DNA from: Saccostrea echinata
Taxonomy: Eukaryota
Length of the DNA: 64,000 bases
Direction of reading: 5' to 3'
Assembly (NCBI RefSeq): GCF_033153115.1
Contig: NW_026889757.1
Span: forward strand, 4,588,001-4,652,000
Made by a program: the position numbers and the translations under genes. This document shows positions 53,301 through 64,000 of this stretch, in pieces. Each line of letters begins with the position of its first letter. Position 1 is the first letter of the stretch. The notes beneath the pieces were generated by a model. The model saw nothing but the letters and a program-made list of their open reading frames with translations. It was not told where the DNA came from and ran no database searches.

Positions 53301-56300
53301 GAAAAGGCATAGTCACTGAATTAAACAGTTACATACCAATAGAAAATAACTATAACATAAAAGGATCAAATGAACAAGCAAGCATAAACAATAAGACTTA
53401 TACAAGTCAGTGACCAATAAGTACTTATAAGTACTTCCACGCTGACTCATTCAATACTTCATCTTACAACATTTTTAAATGTAATAATGACTTTATCTTT
53501 TTTCATCGGATGTATATATGTTTTCATAAGCATTCAACTATGCAAAGTATGGCTTTATAGTTTTAAAATCAATCGTTTCTAGGAAGATATATTAAACAAA
53601 ATTATTCAAAAAGTTGAATTATTTTTATATATATATACATTCTTTAGTGAGTGTTTCTTCAAGATTAATTTATACCCCAGGTATTCATAAATTGACAAGT
53701 AGCATATTTTTTATGTACTGTAACATATGATAACTTGAGAATTTATATATTTTTTCTATATGCTTTTAAACTTCATATGAACTAATTCATGAAGAAACCA
53801 ACTTTGAAGTATGTCCATTTTTCAGGGTTGTCCCTAAGACCAGGGGGCCGGGGAATTTCCTCGCCTATGATGATGTTATTCCCCGGCTACTCTGGTATTC
53901 ATCCTCAACCTCTTGTTAGGGGGAGGAATCCCAGATCCCCCTTCTACTTTTTTAATGTCCCCCAAGTCCTATTTAAATTTTTAGGGAGAACCCTGATGTT
54001 TGCAGAAACTTTTTGTCCTTGAAACTTAGAAATCTCACCTGCAAATTGGAGTATCCCATGGATAGCATTGTACAATAGAAACAACTCAATGAAAAAATTT
54101 AGACAAGAGTCACAAATTCAATTAAAATCTCCATATAAATTTATCAGTGATCATAAGATTTGTAGAAGCAGATTCCAAGTTCCAGGGCTGGTTATAACCA
54201 ACTACTTTTAATCATCTGCACTTTATGTAAGCAGTATCAATTTGTGTGTTATCTTTGTAATCAGGAGTAGAGAAATGAAATATGGGGTGCGTGATACCCG
54301 TGTATATGTGACCATGTAATTATGACCCGAGGATTATTGCCCCCAAGGTCATCCATCTTTATCTTGTTTGTTACAAAGTCAATGCTCTGATGAGAGAGAA
54401 AATGAGGTACACCGTATTTGATCTTTTGTCTATGGGCTATGTATAATAAATGTCAGTAACCCCATGAGTAAACTCTTTTGCATATATTTATGAATTATCA
54501 AAGTATACTATTCTTTTTAAATGAGAGAGTGTGATCTAATAATTATAAATGAGACAACCTATGTAAACTTCTGGTTATCAGTAGACGGTATAGAGATGGA
54601 TATTGGACCCAGTCTCTCAATGTCCTGATTAAACAAGGTCTTGCATGTGTATAGAATGAATTTGTTATCCCCGTCTTTAAATCTATAAAAAGTTTAAAGA
54701 AAAACCTCAATTTTGACTCAGATTGGCATTCAGATTTACAAGATTTTAAAATTGATAGAACTGCATGTTGTAAGTCAATTTACAGGTACAGGATGTCAAT
54801 TTAACAGTTTCTGTTCTCTTTGGTACAGGCATGCAACATTAATTTCTGATCACTAGTAATGCTTACCACAGGTAAATTAGATTTTCAAAGATGTGTAATA
54901 AATTCTCAGTATATGACTATTTTCTTTGCCCTTCCCAGGGAACTAGACCCTTGAAGCAATTGGGTTGTATATTTCAAAATTTAGATTTAAAAAATTTTGC
55001 TCATTTCAATTTTGTAAACAGTTTGCCTGCTATTGTCAGTACTGATCAAATAACCAGAAATAAAGATTTTAAGGGGGCCGACTGGGGTTTTCATTGCGCA
55101 ATACTTCGCGCAGCATAGTAAAATAAAGCGTATTTACTCTTTTAAAGCAACTATTTTTACATAATTTATAAAAATTAACAAATTTAGGAAATATCAGGTT
55201 AAATATTCTAATTACATTTTTAAATAACTGATTATTTAAACGATTTTTTAAATGATGGGTAGATAGACGTCGTATAATAGTGTGTTTTTGACGTTATGAA
55301 TAACCGAAGTTCTTTAAGAGGGGTCATTAATTATGTCATAAAATAAAAAGTATAATTTAGATACTCTTGAAATTTTAAACATAGGAAATTGAGAATCTCA
55401 CAATCATATTTATTGTTTTTTATGTAAATCTGTGGTATCTGTCATGTTTTGTAATACTCCATAAAAACAGGAAAATATCATGAATTTTGACATTTTGAGA
55501 TGCCCCCTCTGGAAACCAGACGGTAGAATTATGTGTTTCTTGCATAAAATGTACAATATAGTATTGTTCATCAAATAGTTTAATTTGAGCAAAAAGTCTA
55601 TAGTAGCATTTGTATAATTTGCTCCAAAGTGCGAAAAAATGGTATTTTCCTAAATAATCCTATAGTAAATGTACCTGTATTTTGAGATGGTCCTTAAAAA
55701 AAAACCAGATGGTAGATTTTCACTAAACTTGGCATGTATACTGAAGTCAATGTAAGGTACATATGGTATAAAATTAAAGAGTTTCCCTATAGTAGTTTTC
55801 ACACAATAAAACCCCAGTCGGCTCCCTTAAGAGGTAAAGATGAGACTTTAACATACAAAATGTATCTACTTAGTCAATTCAGTAGTAAAAAGTTTCATAA
55901 TTTTGGTTAGGATCTACTGCTCTTTAATTTAAGGCATTCAAACAGTTTGCTTGCTATTAAAATGTCCAGGGGTACATGTGTAAAATTAAAGATTTTTTAA
56001 AATCACATCTTTAGAAGGGGTGACATACATATATGAAACAATTAAGTTCTTCAGGCCCCAATTATGGAAACTATGAAATTCACATTTACCGGTACTGTAG
56101 ATCCTTAATTTTCATGACACCTTGTTTTTGTGAGATTGTTGTTTGGTATTTAAAAGCAAAACAAAATTATCATGAATTTTGGTTATTGCTCTATATAATC
56201 TTTAATAATAGAATTACACGCGAGAATGAAATTTTTGCGACTAGACAGTCTCAGATAATTATGCAAAAATGAAGTTCTCGTGAATAAAAAGTGATTTTCA

Positions 56301-58945
56301 GTAGTATATTGTTCTCCTTCATCTACAAATGTTGTAAACTTAATTTTTCAGGAGCTGAAATTAAATAAGAATGATGCCATAAATATCTGATCATGGACTG
56401 AAATAGATCGTAAAGATTTTTAGTGACCTAATTTACTTAATTCAATTCAGTTTATTGACATCACCATGTTGACATACAGTCAAAATAAGACAGATAACAG
56501 AGAAAAAAAAAAAGAGAAGAATATTATAACATAATTAGATAACAGAGAAAAAAAAAAGAGAAGAATATTATAACATAATTAGATAACAGAGAAAAAAAAA
56601 AGAGAAGAATATTATAAATAATTACATGCAATTCAATTTTACATAGTTCCTTATAGACCTTGGGTTTGTTTCCTCTGCATAAAGCATTTATCTAAGTATA
56701 TACATATTAAACGTTTTGCAGTATTATAATCACACGGGTTAACAATTTCTTTAATGGGATCAGTACCACAGTATAATTTATCATCAAAAATATCACAATA
56801 TTGAAATCGAAGATTGTCATACACAGGACAGTAAAGTACAAAATGTTTTTCATTTTCAACCAATAATTTACAAGCATAGCATAAACGTTTTTCCTTAGGG
56901 ATTATTGGTTTATAGTATCTACCTGTTTCAATGAATAGTGAATGTGCACTGATTCTTAATTTTGTTAGCTGTGATCTTTCATGCTTTTTTAAAGGAAACT
57001 TTAAGTAATCCTGCAATTTATAATCAGTGCAGTTTAAGATTTTACTATAAAAATAAAGTTTTCCAGAGTTAGAAGATGAGATTTTGCTCAATTGTTCTAA
57101 GGTCATATCAACAAAAGTTTTATTTAACTTAAACCTCAAATCCTTATGGGAAATAAATTTACTTAAACTAGATGGTCAGTCATTCATAAAATATGACAAG
57201 AAGTGTTCAAATACCCATGCATATTTGAACCAGTTAGGCAATTTAACATGGGATCCATGAGATACATCTAGAGTAAAATAATAAGACATAATCTAAATAT
57301 AGCTATAACACTTTGCATATAATTATATATACATGTACTATTAGTTACATAGTTTTGTAGTGACAGGGTACGGGATGATACCTGGTTAGTAAATTTCATA
57401 CCTGGCGAGGCGAAGCCGAGCCAGGTATGAAATTTACTAACCAGGTATCATCCCTTACCCTGTCACTACAAAACTATGTAACGAATTTACCCCACCGATG
57501 AAATGTTTGTGGTCCGTGGTTTGTAAAATTGTTTTTCTCCGCTATATGTTTCATCACTCATACAATGCCTATTATGACGTCACGTTGTGTTACGTAGTGT
57601 TGTTTTGCGAGTGTTTCATAACGTACTGACAGTTTCGAAGACTTTAAGTAAAGTGAGAAATAGGTTCCATCTCGTTACTTACGTTGATTAACTTTTTACT
57701 TATCAACAGACACCCGCAAACCCCATGAACTCGAGTTGTTCGAAGTGTTACAAAAGAACGATAACTCCGCATGAACCATGTATTGATTTTCAAGCGACTA
57801 GGTATAAGTAATACACCCCCTTCATGTGACAGGCTTCAACCAATCGGAAGCCAGGATTTCATTGAAAAATCATCAGAGGTGGGGTAAATACATGTACTTC
57901 AAAAGTATACGAAACATTCAGCTAAGTTGAATGAATTCTGGCAATAATTTGGCACATGTATTTGATTAAAATAAAAAACAAAACAAAAAAAAAACAAAAA
58001 CAAAAAAAACACCCAATATATTTCTAAATACAATATAGCTGCACTTTGCTTCCACATAATACATTTACCTCTAAAGTGTATGAAACAATGAATTATGACA
58101 TTAATGCCAGGCACGGATCCAGGAATTTTTTCCAGGGGGTGGGGGGGGGGGGGGGGTCCACCCCAGTCCAAAAAAATTTCCAACCCAAAAAATTTCTTCA
58201 CAAGCAAAAAAAACAAAAACAAAAAAAAAACAAAAACAAAAAAAAAAAGGAAAATGCATTTTCCACACGTGAAAAACACCTATTTCTATGTGGTTATGTT
58301 GGGGTGGCCTAAAGTCCTTTTCTATTTGCTTCAGTATATACCTTTAATAACTCTGCAAATTCGGGGGGGGGGGGGGGCAGATCCGTGCATGAATGCTCCG
58401 AGGTAATGCAGGACAAAAATATTATTTTTTCATTATAAATGTATCAAATTTTTAATTCATAAACTGAAATGGTCATAACATTTAATGAATAAAATTTAAT
58501 TATGTACCTTTTATAGTATCCTATCAGAGTTTTTATATGTATTATTCTTTTAATATCGATAATTTTTAATATTGTATATATTACATGTATAATAGTGGAT
58601 TAATCAGAGTTCTCTATAATTATGTATAATACTGAATAATATATCAATACAGTTATTTCATGTAAAATGTACTTGACAAAATAATTCTATGTCTTTAAAA
58701 AACTCTAAGCATGCTAAGCGATCTTGACAAAACTGAAAAAGCTGTCTGCTTCTCATCCAAACCACTCCCACAGCTCTCCCGTAAATAACTATCTTTTGCT
58801 TTAAAATTCCAAATGCAACTTGAGTTGTATAGAACATCATTCTTAATTATTTGCAATTGCAAACACTCTGTGTCATTTAAAACCCATTCTTTAATCAGTG
58901 GCAAGCACTTTCAAACACAAATCTCACCAATTTTTCGTAGTCCAT
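44351..58945 (-). CDS. 7-TM gustatory-receptor-like (GRL / DUF3537 / GrlHz-type) membrane protein, ~516 aa
   Basis: Phase-consistent GT-AG exons: 58945-58928 (MDYEKL), 53298-53131, 50431-50327, 49453-49289, 49023-48745, 48183-48116, 48033-47926, 47816-47639, 46258-46159, 45480-45374, 45235-45104, 44473-44351. There are several hydrophobic helices, and the C-terminus AARVN…LDSFILFV…AKLFHIPI…FILLILFQ resembles the 7TM ion-channel superfamily. The gene model is well supported; the family name and first exon are less certain. Confidence 0.75.
46434..47592. mobile_element. Tc1/mariner (pogo/Tigger-like) non-autonomous element in an intron
   Basis: TA-caggtaaacttcggtatctcgacatc / gatgtcgtgataacgaagtttacctg-TA. 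Confidence 0.85.
48303..48405. mobile_element. Small palindromic MITE (CACWG termini)
   Basis: cacaggggctaag…aactctttgtaccc / gggtacaaagagtt…cttagccccagtg. Confidence 0.6.
52845..53130. repeat. 40-bp minisatellite abutting a splice donor
   Basis: gatgcacagacagacatacagtacttatttctaccctcaa repeats; the last unit supplies the exon-2 donor (cttac). Confidence 0.8.
53823..53995. mobile_element. Short hAT-like MITE (same family as 43078-43245)
   Basis: cagggttgtccctaag / ttagggagaaccctg. Confidence 0.7.
55073..55826. mobile_element. Kolobok-type non-autonomous DNA transposon
   Basis: TTAA-gggggccgactggggttt / aaaccccagtcggctccc-TTAA. Confidence 0.8.
56438..57200 (-). mobile_element. 5'-truncated LINE: ORF2 C-terminus and 3' tail
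   Basis: ORF 56651-57139 contains LTKLRISAHSLFIETGRY…RLCYAC…ENEKHFVLYCPVY, the CCHC C-terminal domain of non-LTR ORF2. The minus strand ends aataaactgaattgaat. Confidence 0.8.
57344..57482. repeat. Near-perfect 139-bp palindrome with GCGAAGC core (Crypton-like element; element likely extends to ~57890)
   Basis: ~62-bp arms with one mismatch surround gaggcgaagccga. They are followed by a second inverted pair, atttaccccacc…ggtggggtaaat. Confidence 0.8.
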
Positions 58946-59241
58946 TTCCCGCAATTTATTTAGAGTGATTCCCCTTAGTCAATTTCGACGAAAATGGCCG
59001 CTAGGTTATTGAAACAGGATTTCATTGGATGAAATAAAAATCTTCAGCCAATCAGCTACTGCCATTGGTGTACAAAATTTAAAAACAACTTGGTGGTCAC
59101 GCTGATGGAGTTGTTTATGTTCTAAGAATGGAAATTGCTGTCTAAACAATTTCACCAAGAATAAAACCGCGTGGTTGCTACTTGGTGATAAGAATATTAT
59201 AGAGGAGCTTACCACACCATTGTTGGTTTTAGATACATTTT
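58900..59241. promoter_or_regulatory. Putative bidirectional cell-cycle-type promoter
   Basis: Between and around the divergent ATGs: tttcccgc (E2F-like, ~58945), aaaatggccg (YY1-like, ~58991), ATTGG/CCAAT boxes at ~59024, 59048 and 59064, and tttaaa (CHR-like, ~59078). Confidence 0.5.
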
Positions 59242-61036
59242 ATGCACAGAAGGGGAACAATGAATACTAAAAAATCAAAGGGAACTTCCTTGCTTGATGT
59301 CAGAAAATCAAAATCGGGCACAAGCACATTGTCACAAGTAAGTAAATTTGATTTGTGGTTTAGGCCTAAGTGAAATTATGATTGCTTTCTCATAGTTATT
59401 TAGCTTTGTTATACATTTTTCGAATGTTTTGCAGTTTGCCAGTCATAACAATATTTAACAGACGTTCTGATTAATGCAGTACAGTAGTAGACAAGATTAT
59501 TAAATCCTTTAGAATACTATGAACTGATCCTGTACTTTTTCCGTTTTATCAGATCCACAAAGATGCCCAAAAACCATTTTTGAATGTCCTCGGCAATCTG
59601 AATGGAAACAAGCGACAAGGAGATAATATGATGGACCAAAAACAGAAGAGAAGAGCAGCATTTGGAGATATTACAAATGTAATTATAATAATTAACTATA
59701 ATCTAAAATAAAATTAAGTATTAAAATGAAATTCAATAACATTTCATATTGTTTATAAATTATATTTAAAAAACATATAAATTACTGAAAAATTAAAGAG
59801 CACGTTTGAAATTAATGCAATTGTGTAAAGTTACTGTTGTTGAAAGTATATATTCCTAATATGATGAAAATATTGCCTTTTAAGAAATGGTAAGGCTGGT
59901 CGAGATGCTTTTAAGTGTTGTGGTACAGAAATAAATATCACTTGTGGTTCAAATAAACATAATTAAGCTTTGTTTTGTTAATTCTGTTTATGTTTATTAA
60001 TTATATTCACTTTTTTGTGATAGGCTATAAATGAAAACAACATCCAAAAGAAAGACATCCTCAAGAAAACAAAACCCCCAACAGGAGTTGGTGGAAAAGC
60101 TACAAAGAAGAAGTCAGAGAAAAAAAGAACAGTAAAAACAGAGAACACAGATCCTACACAGGAAGACAGTGTGCCGCTCTCTCAGGGATCTGTAGTGTCC
60201 AGTTCTCAGGACAGGTAAACTCAGATTATGTGCCTCTGACTATTACAATGTATCAGTTGATGGTAAACTTTTGATAATGAAGGGAAAAAAAATGAAATGT
60301 AGAAGTAACAGAATTATTATTTTGATTATGTTTCAGTGTGTCAAGTAATAGTTCATCCAAAGGCAGTCTGACAGATCTGAGTCAGATCAGCACTGTGTCG
60401 GAGGAAGATGAGAGAGAAATTGTCCCAGAGGTAACATTCAATTCCAAGACCAATTATCAGTGGAATAACACACAGACATGAACATAAGAAAAATGAAAAT
60501 TGCTTTCATCTAACATCCAGTAATTTGTAATGATTTCCAAGATTTTCAATGTGATACACATTTTTCCATATTTGCATTCTAGAGTTTCAATTCTGTAATA
60601 GGGTGTTAAAAATAATGGTGAGAAAAATTGTTCTTTTATATAGTAAAATATTATATATGCCATCTAAATTTCAGTCAGTGGATGATGTGGATACAGAAAA
60701 CTTGCAAGACACTGCACAGTGTGCCTTGTATGCCCCATTCATCTTTAGATATTACAAAGAAAGAGAGGTAAAGTATACTATATAAATGTAAAAAGCTTGA
60801 TCAATCCATTAAATACTATGTTAAGCCTAAAAATTTAATAAGAGGCTAGTTTTTTCAAAAATAAATGTGGAAGGAAGGCTTTTTTTCCCCCTTTTTTTAC
60901 CTAATAAAAAACAGATGCAGAATTTTTTTTTTTTTTAAGATTTTAAGAACTAGAAATTTTTAATCAATAGTGCTTCAGCATTGAGTATAGAAATCAAGAT
61001 CATTTATTTCTTGCTTTTCTAAAATGCAGTGAGGAT

Positions 61037-61082
<46 letters not shown>

Positions 61083-64000
61083 GCACCGTATGAGCACATG
61101 AGAGAAATTTTATTTTATTCATTTGAGAATAAAAATGGGTATTGCACATTGTTAAATGAGATACAGGTGGACCTGAGAACTAAATACAGTTGAACTTTGG
61201 TATTTCGAACACAGATATATCTCAAATATCATGGATATGTCGAAGTGATTGGGAAGTCCTAAACATATTTTTTAAGTATTTTACTCTCGATATCTCAAAC
61301 CCTCAGATATCTCTTTTTTTTTCTCGGTCCCATCGAGTTCGAGATAACGGTTTGACTGTATTTGATTTTTTTTTTGTTACAGCTGAAGTTCATGGTTCCT
61401 ATGTATATGGACACTCAGCCAACATTGACCACAAACATGCGAGCAATCCTGGTAGACTGGCTTGTGGAAGTGCAAGAGAACTTTGAACTAAACCATGAAA
61501 CTCTGTACCTAGCTGTCAAACTAGTGGATACCTACCTCTCTGTTCGACAGGTGCCCAAAGAGAATCTACAGCTTGTAGGAGCTGTCTCCCTTTTTGTAGC
61601 TTGTAAATTTGATGTAAGTTGAAAATTTACTTATTATGAAAGAAAAAAAAATCTTTTGTGGTAAATTCTTGTATTCATTGTAAATTTTGATCTTTTACTT
61701 TAATACTTCAAATGCAACTTGTTATACAGAGGTTATTCAATGTTTTGTAGTTGGGTATGGAATTTATTTCTTGAGTGGGTCAGATTTATTCATATTTTCA
61801 TGAGTGTGAAGCACAAGAAAAATTAATTAAAAAAAAAAATACTGTCCCACAAGTGAAATAAATTCTATCCAACAACAAAACATATAAATTTCTGTTTATT
61901 GCCCCCCACTTTCGCGAAAGTGAGGGGACATTAAATCCCATTCGTATGTCAGTCTGTCACAGATACTTAAACCTTGATCATAACTTTTAAATGACTAAAG
62001 ATAGGGCTTTCATATTTATATTAGAGAGGTTGAGATTTCATACTTGTACGTGTACGGATACGTCTAATAGGGGAATTCCCTAAATTTCTTGCGTATTACG
62101 TCATCAGTTTTGGAGTTGATAAGTATTCTACACGTTCCTACAACTTGTAAAAAGGCATCTACACGTAGGTATAAACTTGCAGCTTTTTCAATAAAAACTA
62201 GTCAATTTATGAAACTGTTATTGTTGTTAATTATTTAGGATGTTAAGTTTCATGAACACTTATTTTAACCATGTTTTGTTCACTAACTAAAGTCAAACTA
62301 ATGTCACAAAACTACTTTATAGTTAAAACAGAGACAACAATTACAGTCTACACGTTCATGTTACACGTCATTAAAATCTCAACAGACAAATTACAATAAA
62401 CGTGTATGTCAAAGTGTAACAATCACTATTATACTTGTACATATTATTTGTATTTCCCGCGTTTTGTCCCTATGCCCCATCTACCCATAAGCCCTTGCAA
62501 AATAGCTTGGCCGACCAGAACAATTGAGGCCTGGTCATTCCCGGCAGAGAAGCGTAGCTGCAGACACGTTTCTACAATTGAATCAGCTAGTGTACATGCA
62601 AATAGCTGCCATACAATCAGTATCTTGACTTTGGCACGGAGACAGGTATGTGCGTCAAGAACACTGGTTTGACATGTGCTAGATACATGCACTAAGCTGA
62701 GGGGATCGTCGAGACACAGCGAAAGGTTCCAGGACTAAGACCCGGAAGGATGCTGTGTGTGGGTCAAGATTCAGTGATGGTGGACAGATACAGATAAGTC
62801 AATCCACGTAACATTGTGTAGCTCGATATAGGAACACTGACGTATTGGCAAACCTGACATGGTTTCGTTCATACGATGATGCTGATGATGGTGATGATGA
62901 CAATGATAATCATTGATAAGGAGATGACGACTCCAGTGGGATATGTTTGGCAATGATACTTTGAGTGAAATCTATACCCGGGGTTAATTGGTTAATTGTC
63001 TGATTATTGGTTACCAATTGCTATTTTTTTTTATTTTTATTTTTTTTGGTTTAATAGTGTGGAAGAGTGTGTGGATCAGAGTGTGGTTGTCTGTTTGAAA
63101 TCTTCTTTATTATTATTATTATTCTTTTTTTTTGTAAATAAATTTATTAAAACTTAGTTGAATTTGTGTGATTTTTGGAGATAGCCAGCTTGACCACGTG
63201 ACACAAAGTTTGTGCACATGTACGCGTACAAGTTTAAAATCTCAACCTCTCTAATACCTGACTGTGACAAGACCTTTTATTTCATGTGTGGGACAGGATT
63301 TTTTTGTATGTTTCATGAGTGCGAAGCATGAGTGAAAATAAAAAAAAAATCCTGTCTCACGAGTGAAATAAATTCCATATCCAACTAAAAAAATTTGAAT
63401 TTTCTTTTAATTACATTTTCTTTGATTTTTCCCTTTGCCGCTGTCTTTTTATAATACAGTGTCATAGAGTGTGATGTCATAGTTGGGCAGTTGAGATGTA
63501 ATAGCTTAACAATTGTGAGATTGAAAACCTTGTAAACCTGGATTTCAAGAATATATTTGGAGAAACCTTGGCATTTTTGTCTTTGTCTGGATGGTTTATT
63601 GGTTTATTAATCTCTTAATCTTATTACAGGTCATGGAGTATTTTTTAGAATATTCTTCATGAAAGGAAGGAAAATGATGAAATCAAGAGTTTTGTTGCAC
63701 TTCTGATATTCTTTCACACTGTGACAGAATATCATTTTGATATTCTTTCCACTCTGACCAGTTGAGAGAATATCACTTTTATTCAATGAATAAAAAATTA
63801 CAGTACATGTATTTCACTGTTGAAAATGTAATTTAAAAAATTATTTTGTAGGAGAGGTGTCCACCCCTGATTGAGGATTTCCTGTACATCTGTGATGACG
63901 CCTACAGACGAACAGAGTTTCTGGAAATGGAGAGGTCAATTCTGAAGACAGTAGGATTTGACATTGGAATGCCCCTGTCCTATCGCTTCCTCAGACGATA
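59242..64000 (+). CDS. CCNB3: G2/mitotic-specific cyclin B3 (partial, 3' end beyond window)
   Basis: Exons 59242-59337, 59553-59678 (D-box RAAFGDITN), 60024-60214, 60337-60430, 60675-60767, 61383-61613 (MRAILVDWLVEVQENFELNHETLYLAVKL, the B3 signature) and 63852-64000 (ERCPPLIEDFLYICDDAY…PLSYRFLRR). All phases are consistent. Confidence 0.93.
61187..61358. mobile_element. Short Tc1/mariner-type MITE
   Basis: TA-cagttgaactttggtatttcgaac / gttcgagataacggtttgactg-TA. Confidence 0.65.
62022..63253. mobile_element. TIR DNA transposon remnant in a CCNB3 intron
   Basis: tagagaggttgagattt…acttgtacgtgtac / gtacgcgtacaagt…aaatctcaacctctcta. Confidence 0.75.
62415..63203 (+). mobile_element. Solo LTR (~790 bp)
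   Basis: TGTAAC…GTGACA termini, 5-bp TSD CAAAG (62410-62414 and 63204-63208) and AATAAA near 63137. Confidence 0.75.

Overview
AT-rich, repeat-dense eukaryotic genomic DNA. The repeat types suggest a bivalve, probably an oyster (inference). The main structure is a ~24.6 kb Foldback-type Mutator (MULE, FB-NOF-like) transposon at 13510-38121. It has a 9-bp target-site duplication (GCAAGTAAA, readable as 11 bp) and multi-kb modular inverted arms made of short palindromic terminal repeats plus inverted 177-bp satellite arrays. It encodes a frameshifted ~1160-aa DDE transposase whose C-terminus looks like a USP-type cysteine protease. The element splits a laccase/multicopper oxidase pseudogene, which rejoins in frame when the element is removed. 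The right third holds an 12-exon minus-strand gene for a 7-TM gustatory-receptor-like (GRL/DUF3537-type) protein. That gene is head-to-head, with start codons ~300 bp apart, with cyclin B3, which runs off the window end. The rest is non-autonomous Helitron/Helentron elements with satellite arrays (one family carries a tRNA-Pro remnant), many MITEs, a LINE 3' fragment, a solo LTR and long palindromes with a GCGAAGC-type core. Two N gaps (24765-24903, 25828-25969) lie inside the giant element. All calls are from reading the sequence by eye; no searches were run.
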